Position numbers and translations under genes: made by a program. A stretch of DNA of 64,000 nucleotides from a virus, in the IMG/VR virus record IMGVR_UViG_3300008266_000037, positions 1-64,000 of that record. The stretch is one strand, 5' to 3'. A model generated the notes under the pieces. That model saw nothing but the letters and a program-made list of their open reading frames with translations, was not told the DNA's origin and did not search any database. Below are positions 61,571 to 64,000 of the stretch, piece after piece (the first letter of the stretch is position 1; each line of letters opens with the position of its first letter).

Positions 61571-63953
61571 TGCGCTGCCCCTCCAGTCTCAACTCTTCCG
61601 CAGATCTGGCTGCCTCAAGCAGAGCAGACCTTTCGGTATTGGTCTGTGTGGCGGCGATACGTGCCACCTCCACCATCGCCCGCACCTCGCCTTGCTTTGC
61701 AGAAAGCTCCAGTTTCGCGGCGTCGTTCGCTGCCTTGTTCTCGATCTTGGCTTGTTCGAGGGCCAGCTCTTTGGCCTGAAGCTGCACAAGGGGGTCCTGC
61801 GCAACGGCAGCAGCCTCTTGCTGGGCCTGTTCTTGTTGGTGCTTCTGGAGAAGGGCCTGAGCCGCAGGAACAGCAGCTCTGGCAATCTGAGCCTCCGCCT
61901 CCGGGGGAAGAGGTTCCCCCGGAGGCGGAAGGGCAGAGCCCATCTGTTGTTCGATTTGGGACCTGTAAAGGAACCCAAGGTGTTCGGCGATATGCGCCTG
62001 CATCGCGGAGCCAATCACGGCAGCCTGCGGGCTTTGCCCGATCAGCTGCTGCATCTTCGGATCCTGAGCCGCCGCCATGTGGACCGCGAGGTGTGCTTCG
62101 TGGTCTTGAGAAATGAACGCCTTGACCGGCTTGCCTTGAAGAACCGCCATGTTTTCCGAAACGGGATCGGCTGGCGTCATCTCTTGAGCAGACGGCACAA
62201 GCTCATCGGCGTCCTTGATCCCTAGGATCTCTAGCCCAATGCGGTGCAGTTTAGGCATATCATAGAGTTGCGGCGCCTGTGAAGCCATCTGAATAGCCGC
62301 TTGGTGTTGCACGACCCTTTGAGACATGGTTGTCGCGCCGGGGTCGGACACCGGGACGATTTCAACAGACGCCTGAGAGAAGTCCTTCTGCCTGTCGTAG
62401 CGTTGCTTATCGTTGCCGGGGTTATAGTCATATTCAGGCGGCATATCATCGCGGATGATGCAGGCGATCATCTTCAGTTCTTTGGCGAGCGACGCATGGA
62501 GGCGGGCCTGAACCGCGCTCATTACCTTCTGCGCCCGCTCCAGCAGGGCAAGCGTGGTTCCGACTGGTGCCTCGCCAGACATGTCGCCAACGTCGATCTC
62601 AGCAATCGACCCAACTCTTCGCCCTTCTTCCACCAGCTGCTGCATGAGTTGATACAGGACACCGGACGGTTCCTTATAGGGAAGGAAGGTAATGGCGTCA
62701 GACACCTTACCGGACGGGACATCCACATCCCTGAACTCTCCGGGACGGATAGGGGTGTCATCGCCCTTGATGCGGAGGTCTCTGGACTTCAGGCCGCCCG
62801 GAAGGTTTGACAGGGTGCCTGCGTCGATAAGCTGCCTCTGGATTGAGGTCACGGACTTGGCGATGCCCCCGATCAGGTGGATCAGGCCGAGACCATAGAA
62901 GCCCAGCCCCGGAACATACTCATAGGAAACAAACCAAGAACAGCGCTCCTTGGCCGGGTCTTCCTCTTTCCAGTTACGGCGGATGGACAGAACGGTTTCC
63001 GTCGATTCATCTATGCACACGACATAGGGGAGGCACACCTCTCCCTCGCCGAGGTCAAGATCCATGTGCGCTTCATAGACCGTGTAGCGGTCGCTGCCGG
63101 GGGAGTTCGGCTCCACGCCCGTGATCTGGGCCTTCTTGTCCTCGATCTCGTCAGCAATGAAGGTTGGGTCAGACATCTCCACTTCGCGGTACAGGCCGGA
63201 AGCCTGCATCTTCTTCATCTCGTTTTTGGAGAGGCGAAGGATGTGGGTGAAGCGCTCAGCCCCAGCCAGATCACTCTCCCCGAACGGCACAAGGAAGTCC
63301 TCGGCCGGAACAAACATGCTGCGCGGTCTTTGCTTCAGCGGGTCATAGTAGATCTTGCGGAAGCAGGAGCCAACCAGCGCCAGTCTGAACAGGAGGCGCT
63401 CTGTTTCGCCCCTGTATTCAGGCATTTTCTGGGTCAGCTGGTAGTTGAGTTCATCCTGAACCCGAATGGCCAACGACCTGTTCTGGGCGGTGTCCTTGCC
63501 GAGGATGCGGGTTTTTGCGGGACCTGCGGGAGGATAGATCTCTTGCATGGCCTGAGACTGAAACCTCACCACCGCCTCCATCAGAAGCGGGTGGAACACG
63601 CCGGACGCCCCGTTCCACGGCTTAGTCCGCTTTTCCTCTTTCACGCCGAGGTAATCCAGACCGGAAGTATAGGCGTCCTCCCACTCCCTGCGCCCCGCCT
63701 TATCGCTATCGACCGCCTCAATGACCTCGCGGGCAATCTCGGCCAGCCTGTCTTTGCCCATCTTCACGGCAAGGTTGGCGTCGTGGACCGGGTCCAGTTC
63801 CTCGTCTTCTTCATCTTCCCCGAAGTTGAATGTGATCGACCCATCGGGCGCCTCCTCTCCGTCACCCTCCAAGAGGACGGGCTCTACTTCAACCTCGGTC
63901 TCCTCCTCAAGGAGGCCGAAGGGGTCGTCGCCGGGAATGGAGCGTTCAATCAT
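61530..63953 (-). CDS. portal protein
   Basis: 807 aa. First gene of the late operon in the window. Acidic N-terminus and a long C-terminal Q/A-rich helical region. Confidence 0.7.
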   Translation of the reverse strand: MIERSIPGDDPFGLLEEETEVEVEPVLLEGDGEEAPDGSITFNFGEDEEDEELDPVHDANLAVKMGKDRLAEIAREVIEAVDSDKAGRREWEDAYTSGLDYLGVKEEKRTKPWNGASGVFHPLLMEAVVRFQSQAMQEIYPPAGPAKTRILGKDTAQNRSLAIRVQDELNYQLTQKMPEYRGETERLLFRLALVGSCFRKIYYDPLKQRPRSMFVPAEDFLVPFGESDLAGAERFTHILRLSKNEMKKMQASGLYREVEMSDPTFIADEIEDKKAQITGVEPNSPGSDRYTVYEAHMDLDLGEGEVCLPYVVCIDESTETVLSIRRNWKEEDPAKERCSWFVSYEYVPGLGFYGLGLIHLIGGIAKSVTSIQRQLIDAGTLSNLPGGLKSRDLRIKGDDTPIRPGEFRDVDVPSGKVSDAITFLPYKEPSGVLYQLMQQLVEEGRRVGSIAEIDVGDMSGEAPVGTTLALLERAQKVMSAVQARLHASLAKELKMIACIIRDDMPPEYDYNPGNDKQRYDRQKDFSQASVEIVPVSDPGATTMSQRVVQHQAAIQMASQAPQLYDMPKLHRIGLEILGIKDADELVPSAQEMTPADPVSENMAVLQGKPVKAFISQDHEAHLAVHMAAAQDPKMQQLIGQSPQAAVIGSAMQAHIAEHLGFLYRSQIEQQMGSALPPPGEPLPPEAEAQIARAAVPAAQALLQKHQQEQAQQEAAAVAQDPLVQLQAKELALEQAKIENKAANDAAKLELSAKQGEVRAMVEVARIAATQTNTERSALLEAARSAEELRLEGQRIAALARDKGNEGA

Positions 63954-63961
63954 CAGGGCTC

Positions 63962-64000
63962 TCAGTAATAGTCGGCGGTCAGGCCGGAGTCGAAGTCGCT
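63962..64000 (-). CDS. 3' end of upstream late gene (possibly terminase large subunit), partial
   Basis: In-frame minus-strand codons ...SDFDSGLTADYY, then TGA, 8 nt before the portal start. The rest lies outside the window. Confidence 0.3.
   Translation of the reverse strand, partial: SDFDSGLTADYY

Noticed and set aside
62877-63968. 363-aa plus-strand ORF antisense to portal gene; similar long antisense ORFs at 58166..58933, 49985..50944, 41126..42295 and 10376..11635
   Set aside because: These are typical high-GC antisense open frames with Arg/Gly/Pro-rich translations. They are fully contained in well-supported genes on the other strand.

Overview
The window is almost entirely one GC-rich (~60%) phage genome segment. 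It looks most like a temperate, podovirus-like phage of an alphaproteobacterium: it encodes a GcrA homolog, and it has no tail sheath or tape measure.

Layout:
- ~0.7-2.5 kb: structured non-coding/regulatory region with terminators, operator-like palindromes, iteron-like repeats and promoter-like boxes.
- ~2.6-29.4 kb: mostly rightward early/replication/recombination genes. These include a MoxR AAA+ ATPase + VWA/zincin pair, an SPFH lipoprotein, a leftward primase-helicase island, RusA, GcrA, a Cas4-like nuclease, three HNH nucleases, ERF, an SSB-like protein and a tyrosine integrase. A tRNA-Arg(TCT) and a tRNA-like element follow, forming an attP-like region.
- ~29.5-64 kb: leftward late operon. 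It runs portal, GroES-like protein, scaffold, capsid, fibres, a metallophosphoesterase, GH19 endolysin/holin/spanins, an Endo VII homing nuclease, and ejection proteins. The ejection proteins include an M15 peptidase and a 3268-aa giant protein carrying three zincin HExxH motifs, internal duplicated modules and an embedded Tat-like signal.

Most notable observations:
- the giant polyvalent-type virion protein;
- a family of at least 8 small paralogous proteins in tandem arrays sharing a C-terminal helix motif;
- the MoxR-VWA/zincin module;
- the phage SPFH lipoprotein operon;
- recurrent GAGGGGGAG hairpins downstream of early genes.

Coordinates of start codons I re-derived by hand are approximate (+/- a few nt). 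Coordinates taken from the ORF track are exact.
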